The notes beneath the pieces were generated by a model. The model did not search any database and was not told where the DNA came from. It was given only the letters and a program-made list of their open reading frames with translations. A DNA stretch of 44,421 nucleotides from Verrucomicrobiales bacterium. GTDB taxonomy: Bacteria > Verrucomicrobiota > Verrucomicrobiia > Limisphaerales > UBA9464. The stretch spans positions 1 through 44,421 of the forward strand of contig SYEM01000213.1 in NCBI GenBank assembly GCA_005801385.1. Direction: 5' to 3'. The position numbers and the translations under genes were made by a program. Shown piece by piece: positions 21,797 through 30,761 of this stretch (position 1 is the first letter of the stretch; every line of letters starts with the position of its first letter).

Positions 21797-22393
21797 ATGA
21801 AAACGTCCATTCTGAAGACTGTCTCCATCGGAGCAATCGCGGCCTCCGCCGCCCTTCTCTCCCCTGCCGTTGCAGTGTCCCCCGAGGTCGCTGCCGTCAT
21901 CTCCAAGGACATCGCCTCCAGCAAGGTCGTCGAGGTGCCTGCGGCCGTCGCCAAGGCCATCACCAGCGCCTCGAAGGAGGATCGCTCGGTGGTCGCTACG
22001 ACCGCTGTGGTCGCCGCGATCAAGTCCCACCCTTCCACCGTGGCTGCCACGGTGACCGCAGCCGTCAAGGCCGCGCCCGAGGCGGTTGATGCAATCGTGA
22101 ACGCCGCCCTCGAGGTCGCCCCGAACAGCGCGCTGACCATCGTGAGTGCTGCTGCTGAGGGAGCTCCTGAGCGCGCCGACCAGATCGCTGCCGTGGCTTC
22201 GAAGAAGATGCCGACACGCGCTGCCTCCTTCGAGCGCGAAGTCGCCTCGGTTCGCGGTCGTCGCTTGGTCTCCGCTGCCGCCGGATTGACTTCGGGTCAA
22301 GTCCAGCAGACCTCCTTGGGCATTCCTTCTTCCGCAGCCCCGGCTCCGGTGAATTCCTACGCGGTGTCTGGTGGAGCTTCCGGCCGTCCTTGA
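21797..22393 (+). CDS. Secreted Ala/Val-rich protein with exact 15-aa helical repeats, unknown function
   Basis: MKTSILK... signal peptide ending in AVA; Pro every 15 residues; own promoter candidate and terminator. Alternative GTG start at 21791. Confidence 0.85.
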   Translation: MKTSILKTVSIGAIAASAALLSPAVAVSPEVAAVISKDIASSKVVEVPAAVAKAITSASKEDRSVVATTAVVAAIKSHPSTVAATVTAAVKAAPEAVDAIVNAALEVAPNSALTIVSAAAEGAPERADQIAAVASKKMPTRAASFEREVASVRGRRLVSAAAGLTSGQVQQTSLGIPSSAAPAPVNSYAVSGGASGRP

Positions 22394-22421
22394 TCGGTCG
22401 CTTCAAACCAGTCCCAAGCAG

Positions 22422-22450
22422 GGCCCGCCCTCCGGCGGGCCTTTTTCTTT
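22422..22450 (+). terminator. Rho-independent terminator
   Basis: GGCCCGCC-CTCC-GGCGGGCC followed by TTTTTCTTT. Confidence 0.88.
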
Positions 22451-22541
22451 CCCAAATCGGGATCGGCCGCCGGGTGATTCTGGTTCCGCCAAATAGGTGA
22501 GCCAACCACCCCATCGATTCACCGGGGCGATGCGAGGAGCA

Positions 22542-22570
22542 AAGTAGGCCTTGGGAGGAGTCCAAAGGCC
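22542..22570 (-). terminator. Possible weak terminator of the 2134-aa gene
   Basis: On the minus strand GGCCTTTGGA-CTCC-TCCCAAGGCC (one mismatch) followed by TACTTT, about 30 nt after the stop. Confidence 0.4.
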
Positions 22571-22599
22571 GGTCCCGCTTGCCGTAGGAATTCAGGACA

Positions 22600-25500
22600 T
22601 CAACGCCGGGGAGGTGCCACTTCGCGGACGGCAGCGCCATGGTCCTCGCGCAGGACGAGGAGTGCGAACCGCTCCACCGATGCAACCTCGGCAGGCTGGA
22701 TGGCCTGGTAGGTTCCAGGCTCCGCAGCAGTCGGGACCGGCACGGGACGCCCGGCGGGATCCTCGTTGAGACTCGCGTAATCAAAACGGCCCCTGAGATC
22801 GGTGTAGCCATCCTTGTAGAATCGGATCACCCCTCCCGGGAGTCGGGCAAAGACCTTCACATAGGCCTTCGGGATGCCCTTCCCAGTCCCGGATTCCCCG
22901 ACATCCAGGTATCCATGGTTTTCTGCGACCAGGAGTTCAAAGGAACTGGAGTGATGGGCCATGGCACGGCTGCGACCCCCACCCACCACTTCCACCAGCA
23001 CGTTGGCCTTCGCAAAGCGTGATGGCATCGGGATCTCCATGGATTCCCTGCCCTTGGCCAGCTTGACCGACATCGACTCCGTTGGCCGGATGATTCCAAA
23101 CCGGGCGGAATCCTGGGTCGCAAAGGGACTGCTACTGAACAGGAACTCCGGATCCATCAGATAGAAGTTGATCCGCACCTCAGCGAGGTTGTGCCAGGAA
23201 AGCTGAAGCGCCTTGCCTGAGACCTGGAATTCGAAGGTGGATTCTGCAGCTGCCAGACGCGCCTCCTCCCGGTCACGGGCATCGGGCCCGCCGCTCCGGT
23301 TGCCCCCGCGTGCCTCAACCCCGTCGATCTGGGCAAGGACCTCCCTGAACCGGGTGCGCCAACGGTCCACCGGATGGTCGGTGTGACGCTTGGCCACCGA
23401 CCTTGCCCCGGACAGATCCGATTCGTACAGGCTGGCGTAGCATTTCAGGTAGTCGTACTGCAGCCGGCTGTCGACGGCCTCCGGATTGACGGCCTTGAGC
23501 CGAGCCAACGCCTCCTCGACCCGATCCTGGAGAAACAGATGGTAGACAAGGGCCAGGTTGTCCGAAGGACTGAGGGACTTTCGATAGGAGAGAATGCCTA
23601 GCAGTCTCTGGTACTGGGTCCGCTGGGCTGCGTTGTCGATGCGGCGTTCAGCACCCACACGGTGGGCACGTGGATTCGTAAGCGGCGCATACTCGAGATG
23701 CTCGTAGGCATGCCGTTCAACAGGATCGACTACGAGCACTGGGCTTTCCAGGGCGTCCCCACATTGGGCGATGAACCCGTCCTGGTGCCTCAGCCACTCC
23801 CGGAGCGCCGAGGCGTCATTGTGGACCAATGCGTACCGGAACACCGGCTCGCTCCAGACATGCCGTTGAACCAGCAGGGTAGTCAGTCTCCGCAGGAAGC
23901 CGGAACTCTCCCGACAGCGCCAGGCCACCCGCTCCAGATCGATGCGGGCGAGGTTGTTGGATTCAAGGTAGGCAAACACCTCCTCCTCGCTCCCCTGCTG
24001 GGAGACATAGTCCCAGGTGGTCTTGTCGACCACACTGAGCCGTTGCACCACCTGGAACACGGTCGGCGTCGCTGCTCCCGCAGACCGGTCCGCGACCGAT
24101 GCCTGGGCGGGCAGATGACGGCGATCCGGCTCTGGTGACGGGAAGTAGAACTGGTACTCGAAGGTCTTGGTCGAATAGGGCTCCAACCGGGCCAATCGGC
24201 TCCATGTGGACCGACTTCCCGTCAGCGGAATCGCCCCCTGTGGAATCTGGGTCAGCAGGTCGAGCCTCACAGGATCGGACTCCGGATTACTGACCACCGC
24301 CCGCGCTCCATAGACGACACCACTGAGGAATTCCCCGGTCACCCGACGCGGGCCCCGGTCTGCACTAGGCTGGGCCTCCTCGGGTCCAGCACGGAAGAAG
24401 GACTCGCTGACCAGGATGCGGGCACCCATCCCTTCGGCGGGCTCCGGGGCGGGCTGGACGCGTCGACGGAAGACGAGAGCAGGACCCGCCAACTGGATGC
24501 GGACCCGGGTGCCGGTCCGTTCGATCTGATGCCTCGGCGACTCGAACGGGAGATCCAGAAGCGCGAGGGCGAGGAACATCTCCGCAAAATTCCGATGGGC
24601 CTCAACGATCCGGGACGACACGAACGGGGCCTTGCCATCCCACGCAGAGACATCGCGCCAGAATCCATTCACCGGGATCATCGAGGCCTCCTGCTCCCGA
24701 AGGGGACGACGATAGTAGTTGTTCTCCGCCCACTCGCGGGTCGGACCCTGGGGTTGATGATAGGCCTGACGCAGCACGGCCTCCCGGAGCCGTTCCACCT
24801 CATCGCCACGGAGTTCCATGAGAGCCCTCGAATCGCCGGCCTTGCGAAAGAACAGATCCGTCTCGGCCCTTCCTTCCTTGGACTTGGACCGCTCCACGAA
24901 CTTGTTGTCCTGGAGGGCGACAGCATCCCTACCGGAACGACGGGACTCCATCCGGTTCAAACCCCGCCCCCCTGCGATACCCCCGAACGAATCGACCGGC
25001 CCATCGAAGGCCACCGGCATGTTGCCGGTCGGGAGCGCCGTCAGGGCCTTCGGCTTGGACGCCAGGTCGAGTGACCGGCCGCGGAGCGCGGTCTCGAACC
25101 AACCAAGAGACTCCTCCGGATCGGGTTTCTGGTTCTCCCAGAGTTCCTGCAGATGTCGACGTCCAGCCTCCGATTCCGCAGGCAGCTGACGCGTCAGCAA
25201 CGCCCGCTCCGCGGCGTTGAGCCTCCCATAGGACCAGGGTGACAGAAACCGCGTCAGATCCCGGCCCAGCAGAAGATCATCGAGGAATGTCGGATCCTTC
25301 TTGTTCCGGAGATAGGGCTCCACGACCTCCTTGAAGAACTTCGGGTCCTTCCGGCTGAGGAAGAGGTTCAACTCATGGCAGGCGAATTCACTGTAGCGGC
25401 TCCGACGTTCCTCGGGGGACAGCCCGGGCCAGCGGAGGACCCATTCGAATCTCTCGAGGCTTGGATCGCCTCCGCTGAGGGCCAGCAGGAGTCCATGGAT

Positions 25501-28500
25501 CGAGGACATGGTATCGTACATCTCGAAGTCCTCCACGGTGAGGTCGGGGATCTCGATCACAGCCCCTGCCTGCAGGGCGAGCGACTCCCGCATCTCGGTC
25601 ATCCGTCGGGAGGGGTCGAGCGGCTGGGCCAGGCGCATGTCCCGGAAGGGGGTGGTCCGCTCGGGCAGCCGGATCGTCCTCCAGACGGCATCGGTGAGAT
25701 TCTCTGCATACACCTGGACCACGGACCGGTCGCCCAACTCCGCTGCGGGAATCCTGACGACTCCATTGGTGTCAGGACGGAGGTTGAAGAGTCCCGGTGC
25801 TGGCCGGGCGAGGAAATCGAGGCTCGACTCGGGCTCAGGCGCCACGCGCTCCGCCGCCTCGCGCTTGAGGGCCGCGTCGCGGGAGAGTCCCTCGACAGCT
25901 CCAGCCATCGCCTGCGGGGCCTCGGTAGCGGTCAGTGCCGAGGTGCCCGACTCCGTGGTCCGAAGTTCCCAGGGATTCAGGATCAGACCCGGTCTCTGGA
26001 GCAGATTCCCGGGATACTTCGCGGCATAGCGCCGTTCGAGGATGTACCGATATTCGTCTCCGATCCGCCTGCCGCTCGCATACAGGTTGGGCAGCCAGTC
26101 CGGCGTCGCCAGACCCGCCCCGGGACGGGAAAAGTCAGCGAGGTCCGTCCACAGACCACCGACTGGGTCGAAGCGCGTGGCGATGACATGGACCCGGGTC
26201 AAGGGATCCCAGTCCGAAAGACGGATCGACAGGGTGTCGGTGGAGGCCTCCGTCGAGACGATCCGGAGGGATCGTCCCCCACGGCGTTCGATCGATCGGC
26301 TGGCACCCACAACCCAATCGCCAACCGGCTTTCCCGCCACGATCCGGATCGGGATGGGACTGGAGGACCCGGGTCTGACCTCGAGGGAATAGTCCCCGGC
26401 TTCGGGTTGTCCAAGATCCAGGATACCGTCCTTCACCGCGATCCGTGCGGAATGGTCCGCCACGAAAACACCGCCACGCAGTTCGAGCAGGGACACGGAG
26501 CGAGCCTCGACCCCCTCGGGCACGGGAATCTGGATCCGTTCGGCGGCCGCGACCTGGATGCCCTCTGGCCACGTCTGTTGTGACTCCATCAACGGCCACA
26601 CCCGGGTGGGACCTCCGGGCAGCTTTGCGACCACCTGTCGGACCCCTTCCAGTGTGCCGAGCTGGAACCGTCCGGATCCATCCGAGCTCAGCGAGAGGAC
26701 CTCTGGCTGCTGGAAACCACGGCGGAAGATCTGGACCTCGACGACCTGATCCGGGATCGCCTCACCATTGCGGCCGAGGATGTCCAGCCGATGGGCCCCA
26801 ACCATCGGTGTCAGGAAGGCATCGGCGATGAGAGCCGTCCTCTGGATGCCATTCAGGGTCCAGTCCCTCTGGGCCTCGAGATGGATCTTCTGGCCCACCT
26901 GGGTCAGCGAATCGATCTCGCCATGGAGTTCGACCGTGAGACGGGCCATCCTATTGGGTGTGCGTATGGAATGGAGGAACAGGCTGTCCGGTTCCAGCTT
27001 GATGGAGCGGAGTTCTGCGGTGGAGACCACACCATCGAGGGTTTCGGTCCGGAGCGTCATCCTGGGATTCCTGAGAAGCCCAAGGGCCACCGGGGTCTTT
27101 CCGGAAAACAGCGTGGCCCGCACCGCCAGAGTGGCCTCCTGTCCCGGCAGCACCTGTTCGCGATCCAGATGGAACCGGGCCTCGAGCCGATAGGTCTCTG
27201 CAGGGTGGTCGAAGGAGACGAGACTCGCGAATCCCCCGTCGGCATCGGCCAGCACCAGCTGACGGCGTCCGGGTTCCCGGGTGAACGGGACCAGGATCCG
27301 ACCGTCCTTTTCCGGATCGAAACGACGTCCATCAAGCCACGCCGAAACTCCCCGGAGCGGCTGATGTGCCTCGTCGATCGGTGTGATCCACTCCCCGGCT
27401 GCCCCAGTCTGCTGGATGAGTGAGTATTGCCCCTTGCGGATGAGGGCCCTTGAGGATTTCCCGCCGGCGATGACCTCCACGATCCAGGCTCCTCTCCGCC
27501 CCTTGAGCTCCGGAAATCTCAAGGTTTTGATCACCCTGCGGAATGGCGAAGCATCCCCACTGAAAGTCTGCTCGGAATTGGCGACGAGGCCGTCGAGATG
27601 GAGGTCCGTATTGAGCTGTCGGTTCTGCGTGGTGAAGAAGCCGAGCGTGTTGATCTCGAAGAGCCGAACGAGGACCTGGGGCGCGTTCTTCAGAACCACA
27701 TCAAGTGAGACCTCCTCCGCAGGTGACAGCACCACGGGACTGTTTGGAGGGAACTCCACGTCGACCCGGTCGCGCAGTACCTGATACGCAGCGGGAGAGA
27801 GAAGCGACGCCCACCGTTCCGGATCTGGTGCGCCCGCAGTGATCTTGGCCTCGGCGAACACCGGCTTGAGCCAGTCCTCGTTCAGCCACTCCGACCAAGG
27901 CTCCCACGACGCGTCCTCCCGGGCGAACTGCAGCAGGTAGTCGCGGACCAGGACGTCATCCGATCCGATCGGCCCCGAGCCGATGAGATCGAACTTTGCA
28001 TTCAGGTCGACCCCTCTATTCTGCGCCTGGGACTCCTCAAGGAACCGAGGGCTCATGTAGACCGCCGGACGAGGCAGCTTGAGATACTCGATGAACCGGT
28101 CGCGGTTCCACACCCCCCGGGAGCGGTCGAGAACGAGGCGCGCGTGGAGGATGTGGGCCTTGAGTGAGTTGAATGAGGACGGCAACGGCTTCACGGCACT
28201 CCAGAGCCGCTCCAGCCACGCCTCGCGGACCTGTGGTTCCATCACAGGGCTGGAATCCGCCGAGGGGGCGAGCTTCCGGAGTCGGGTGAGAACGAATTCC
28301 GGCTGCCGGCCGAGTTCGGCCATCGCCTGTTGCAGGGCCTCCAACTGGTCGGGCAGGAGCTGCCGGTGAAGGGCATGCTGTCCGAAACCGCGGCTTCCTG
28401 GGGCCTTCAGATCGGCAACGACAGCATCGACCAGCCCCGGCAGGTCGGGACGCTGGAGGTGCGACAGGACGTGACGGCGCTGGGCGGGGTTGAGGGGCAC

Positions 28501-29004
28501 GGCATCACGGAGGAGCGACGGGTACTCGGATGGGTCCAGCCCCTCGAGCGCATCACGCTCAAGGACCTTCCGGAGGAATTCCTTCCGGGCGATCCGGGTG
28601 GGATCGAGGGACGTGGGGAGGGTCGGCTTCTGATCGGGGACAACCCGCACATGATCGAGGAAAGGACCGAGCCGTTCCCGCAGCCACCGGAGTGTCCGAT
28701 CGGGATCGGTGCCATAGGCCAGGAGGGCCTGGCGGTTCTCGATCACCTGTCGCCTCGCGGATTCCGGGAATCGGGCGGCCCAACTTCCCAGGAGGGTCTT
28801 CAGCCGATCCGCCTGACCTGTCTGCTCGTAGTGGAGTGCATGGAAGTGGTAGTAGTCCTCGGTCCCGGGCACGAGCTGGTCGAGCACCGCAGCCCGGTCG
28901 GGCGCGAGCGCAAATCGCTCGATGAATCCAATCTCATTCTCGGCAGCGAGGGGAAGTACCCCCAGCAAGATGCCCAGGCCTCTCAGTCGGCGGAACGTGT
29001 TCAT
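22600..29004 (-). CDS. Giant secreted hypothetical protein (2134 aa), alpha-2-macroglobulin-like architecture suspected
   Basis: Uninterrupted 6.4-kb ORF, N-terminal signal peptide, helical N-terminal region, multiple beta-sandwich-like segments, C-terminal YVKVFA...FYKDGYTDLRGRFDYASL. Confidence 0.9.
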   Translation of the reverse strand: MNTFRRLRGLGILLGVLPLAAENEIGFIERFALAPDRAAVLDQLVPGTEDYYHFHALHYEQTGQADRLKTLLGSWAARFPESARRQVIENRQALLAYGTDPDRTLRWLRERLGPFLDHVRVVPDQKPTLPTSLDPTRIARKEFLRKVLERDALEGLDPSEYPSLLRDAVPLNPAQRRHVLSHLQRPDLPGLVDAVVADLKAPGSRGFGQHALHRQLLPDQLEALQQAMAELGRQPEFVLTRLRKLAPSADSSPVMEPQVREAWLERLWSAVKPLPSSFNSLKAHILHARLVLDRSRGVWNRDRFIEYLKLPRPAVYMSPRFLEESQAQNRGVDLNAKFDLIGSGPIGSDDVLVRDYLLQFAREDASWEPWSEWLNEDWLKPVFAEAKITAGAPDPERWASLLSPAAYQVLRDRVDVEFPPNSPVVLSPAEEVSLDVVLKNAPQVLVRLFEINTLGFFTTQNRQLNTDLHLDGLVANSEQTFSGDASPFRRVIKTLRFPELKGRRGAWIVEVIAGGKSSRALIRKGQYSLIQQTGAAGEWITPIDEAHQPLRGVSAWLDGRRFDPEKDGRILVPFTREPGRRQLVLADADGGFASLVSFDHPAETYRLEARFHLDREQVLPGQEATLAVRATLFSGKTPVALGLLRNPRMTLRTETLDGVVSTAELRSIKLEPDSLFLHSIRTPNRMARLTVELHGEIDSLTQVGQKIHLEAQRDWTLNGIQRTALIADAFLTPMVGAHRLDILGRNGEAIPDQVVEVQIFRRGFQQPEVLSLSSDGSGRFQLGTLEGVRQVVAKLPGGPTRVWPLMESQQTWPEGIQVAAAERIQIPVPEGVEARSVSLLELRGGVFVADHSARIAVKDGILDLGQPEAGDYSLEVRPGSSSPIPIRIVAGKPVGDWVVGASRSIERRGGRSLRIVSTEASTDTLSIRLSDWDPLTRVHVIATRFDPVGGLWTDLADFSRPGAGLATPDWLPNLYASGRRIGDEYRYILERRYAAKYPGNLLQRPGLILNPWELRTTESGTSALTATEAPQAMAGAVEGLSRDAALKREAAERVAPEPESSLDFLARPAPGLFNLRPDTNGVVRIPAAELGDRSVVQVYAENLTDAVWRTIRLPERTTPFRDMRLAQPLDPSRRMTEMRESLALQAGAVIEIPDLTVEDFEMYDTMSSIHGLLLALSGGDPSLERFEWVLRWPGLSPEERRSRYSEFACHELNLFLSRKDPKFFKEVVEPYLRNKKDPTFLDDLLLGRDLTRFLSPWSYGRLNAAERALLTRQLPAESEAGRRHLQELWENQKPDPEESLGWFETALRGRSLDLASKPKALTALPTGNMPVAFDGPVDSFGGIAGGRGLNRMESRRSGRDAVALQDNKFVERSKSKEGRAETDLFFRKAGDSRALMELRGDEVERLREAVLRQAYHQPQGPTREWAENNYYRRPLREQEASMIPVNGFWRDVSAWDGKAPFVSSRIVEAHRNFAEMFLALALLDLPFESPRHQIERTGTRVRIQLAGPALVFRRRVQPAPEPAEGMGARILVSESFFRAGPEEAQPSADRGPRRVTGEFLSGVVYGARAVVSNPESDPVRLDLLTQIPQGAIPLTGSRSTWSRLARLEPYSTKTFEYQFYFPSPEPDRRHLPAQASVADRSAGAATPTVFQVVQRLSVVDKTTWDYVSQQGSEEEVFAYLESNNLARIDLERVAWRCRESSGFLRRLTTLLVQRHVWSEPVFRYALVHNDASALREWLRHQDGFIAQCGDALESPVLVVDPVERHAYEHLEYAPLTNPRAHRVGAERRIDNAAQRTQYQRLLGILSYRKSLSPSDNLALVYHLFLQDRVEEALARLKAVNPEAVDSRLQYDYLKCYASLYESDLSGARSVAKRHTDHPVDRWRTRFREVLAQIDGVEARGGNRSGGPDARDREEARLAAAESTFEFQVSGKALQLSWHNLAEVRINFYLMDPEFLFSSSPFATQDSARFGIIRPTESMSVKLAKGRESMEIPMPSRFAKANVLVEVVGGGRSRAMAHHSSSFELLVAENHGYLDVGESGTGKGIPKAYVKVFARLPGGVIRFYKDGYTDLRGRFDYASLNEDPAGRPVPVPTAAEPGTYQAIQPAEVASVERFALLVLREDHGAAVREVAPPRR

Positions 29005-29133
29005 GGTGTCGGAGGACGCGCGGATTCCGGAGGCGGAACAGCTCTGTCCGGGATCCCGACAGAGGATAGGTCCAATCCCGCCGACACGCCAGCGCGGACC
29101 TCGCCAATCGGGCGCAGCAGCGTGGCGGATCGA

Positions 29134-29940
29134 CTAGTCCAGAAGAGGCCAGAGCTCCCGGAACGCCCGCTGCGCGGATCGGTCGGGGATGTCCTCAAGC
29201 GCGGGATCCTCAAGGAAGCGCGGGGCATAGGCCGCATCCAGGGCAAAGACCCGGACCGTCTGGCCCTCCACCTCGAAGAAGGCTCGCCACGCCCCACATC
29301 CGATCTCCCATCGAATCCCCCCACGTCGACGGATCCGACGCGAGCGGTGCGGATGGGGGTCGCGGGACAGCAGCTCGATCATGCGGGGCCTGAAGTCGAT
29401 ACCCCAGTGTTCCTGCAGCCAGGCAGCCTGGGTCTGGGCGAGGGGTTCGAGGACCACGGTGAAGCGGGGCGGCTCGGCGAGGGAGGCCTCGACGACGTCA
29501 TGCCAGCCTGCACTGGAGGAGGGAAAGGCATCGTAGGCGGGAATGTAGGGTTTGATGTCGAAGACAGGAGTGCCATCGACCAGGTCACAGGGACCGATCC
29601 GGAGATGACGCCCCTCGATGCCGAGCAGGGTGACGGGAGTCAGGCCCAAGGGGTTTGGGCGATACGGGCAGCGGGTGGCAAAGACTCCACGACGCTGTGC
29701 CGGACCTCGCGGCGGGAGCACGAGCGGACGCCAGCCTTCATTCCGGTGGAACCACCAGATCAGCCAGATCCGCTCGAACCCCTCGAGATCCCGCAGGGCC
29801 AGACTCGGTTCCACGGACCCGACCAGTTCGAGGAGGCTGTCTCCGGGATCGGCGTCCGACGGCTGGTGGCCGGCCTGGAACTTCACCTGTTTCCCGGAGC
29901 GGATGAATCCGATGGGCTGGAGTGTGAGTTCGGGCGGCAT
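29134..29940 (-). CDS. tsaA: tRNA (N6-threonylcarbamoyladenosine(37)-N6)-methyltransferase TrmO
   Basis: LQPIGFIRS, LEGFERIWLIWWFH, RGVFATRCPYRPNPLGLT, DLVDGTPVFDIKPYIP; start ATG 29940. Confidence 0.93.
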   Translation of the reverse strand: MPPELTLQPIGFIRSGKQVKFQAGHQPSDADPGDSLLELVGSVEPSLALRDLEGFERIWLIWWFHRNEGWRPLVLPPRGPAQRRGVFATRCPYRPNPLGLTPVTLLGIEGRHLRIGPCDLVDGTPVFDIKPYIPAYDAFPSSSAGWHDVVEASLAEPPRFTVVLEPLAQTQAAWLQEHWGIDFRPRMIELLSRDPHPHRSRRIRRRGGIRWEIGCGAWRAFFEVEGQTVRVFALDAAYAPRFLEDPALEDIPDRSAQRAFRELWPLLD

Positions 29941-30034
29941 GCGGGGGTTATGGCAGAACCTCCTGCGGGCTGGCCACTGGGTTCGATCGGAACACGGCGG
30001 CCCAGGGTCAGGACCCAGAGTACACCCGTGCAGC

Positions 30035-30062
30035 AAAAAGCCCCGCCGGAGGGCGGGGCTTT
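30035..30062 (-). terminator. Rho-independent terminator after pal (possibly bidirectional)
   Basis: Minus strand AAAGCCCCGCC-CTCC-GGCGGGGCTTTTT. Confidence 0.88.
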
Positions 30063-30090
30063 CCGTGAAAACTGTCGGACTGGATCTAGG

Positions 30091-30720
30091 TCAGCGAACC
30101 GACGCAGGGGGGGTGAGCAGTACGAACACGCCACGCCGGTTCTTGGCGTAGGCCTCCTCGGTGTTGCCCACGACGGCAGGCTTCTCCTTGCCGTAGCTGA
30201 TGGTGGTGATGCGGTCGCCGCTGATACCCAGCGACATCAGCTTGTCACGGACCGAGAGGGCCCGGCGCTCGCCCAGGGCAAGATTGTATTCCTCGGTGCC
30301 ACGGTCGTCGCAGTGACCTTCGATGAGAAGGTTGTTGGAGGTGTTCGCCTTCAGATAGTCGGCCACACGAGGGATGTTCGGCGCGTACTGGGGCTTCACG
30401 TTGGACTTGTCGAAGTCGAAATAGACGGTGTCGGTGGCGAACTTCTCACGATCCTGCACGAAATTCCGGGCGTCGAGGTCGCTGGGAAGACCCGTGCTGC
30501 CGGGCGTGTCGGTTCCCGTGCCATTCCCAGGTCCACCGAGAGTCCCGGTACCAACACCATTTCCCGGAGTCAGCGGAATCTCACCCACCGGCCCGGCCGA
30601 TCCGGACTGACCCGCGGGCAGCGGGGTCAACCCCTTCGGTTTACGGGAGCAACCGGCAGCACCTCCGAGGAGGCAGGCGGCCGTGACGAGGAGGAGGACT
30701 CGGGACAGGGAGAACTTCAT
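30091..30720 (-). CDS. pal: Peptidoglycan-associated lipoprotein
   Basis: Lipobox AAGC, Gly/Thr/Pro linker, VYFDFDKS, IEGHCDDRGTEEYNLALGERRA, SYGKEKP, KNRR. Confidence 0.95.
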   Translation of the reverse strand: MKFSLSRVLLLVTAACLLGGAAGCSRKPKGLTPLPAGQSGSAGPVGEIPLTPGNGVGTGTLGGPGNGTGTDTPGSTGLPSDLDARNFVQDREKFATDTVYFDFDKSNVKPQYAPNIPRVADYLKANTSNNLLIEGHCDDRGTEEYNLALGERRALSVRDKLMSLGISGDRITTISYGKEKPAVVGNTEEAYAKNRRGVFVLLTPPASVR

Positions 30721-30761
30721 GGATCAGCCTTGGAATGCGCGAACAGGGAAAAGGGAGGACC

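Noticed and set aside
29134-29480. RelE-like toxin fused to tsaA
   Set aside because: A C-terminal domain of this kind is a normal part of TrmO proteins, and no antitoxin is adjacent.
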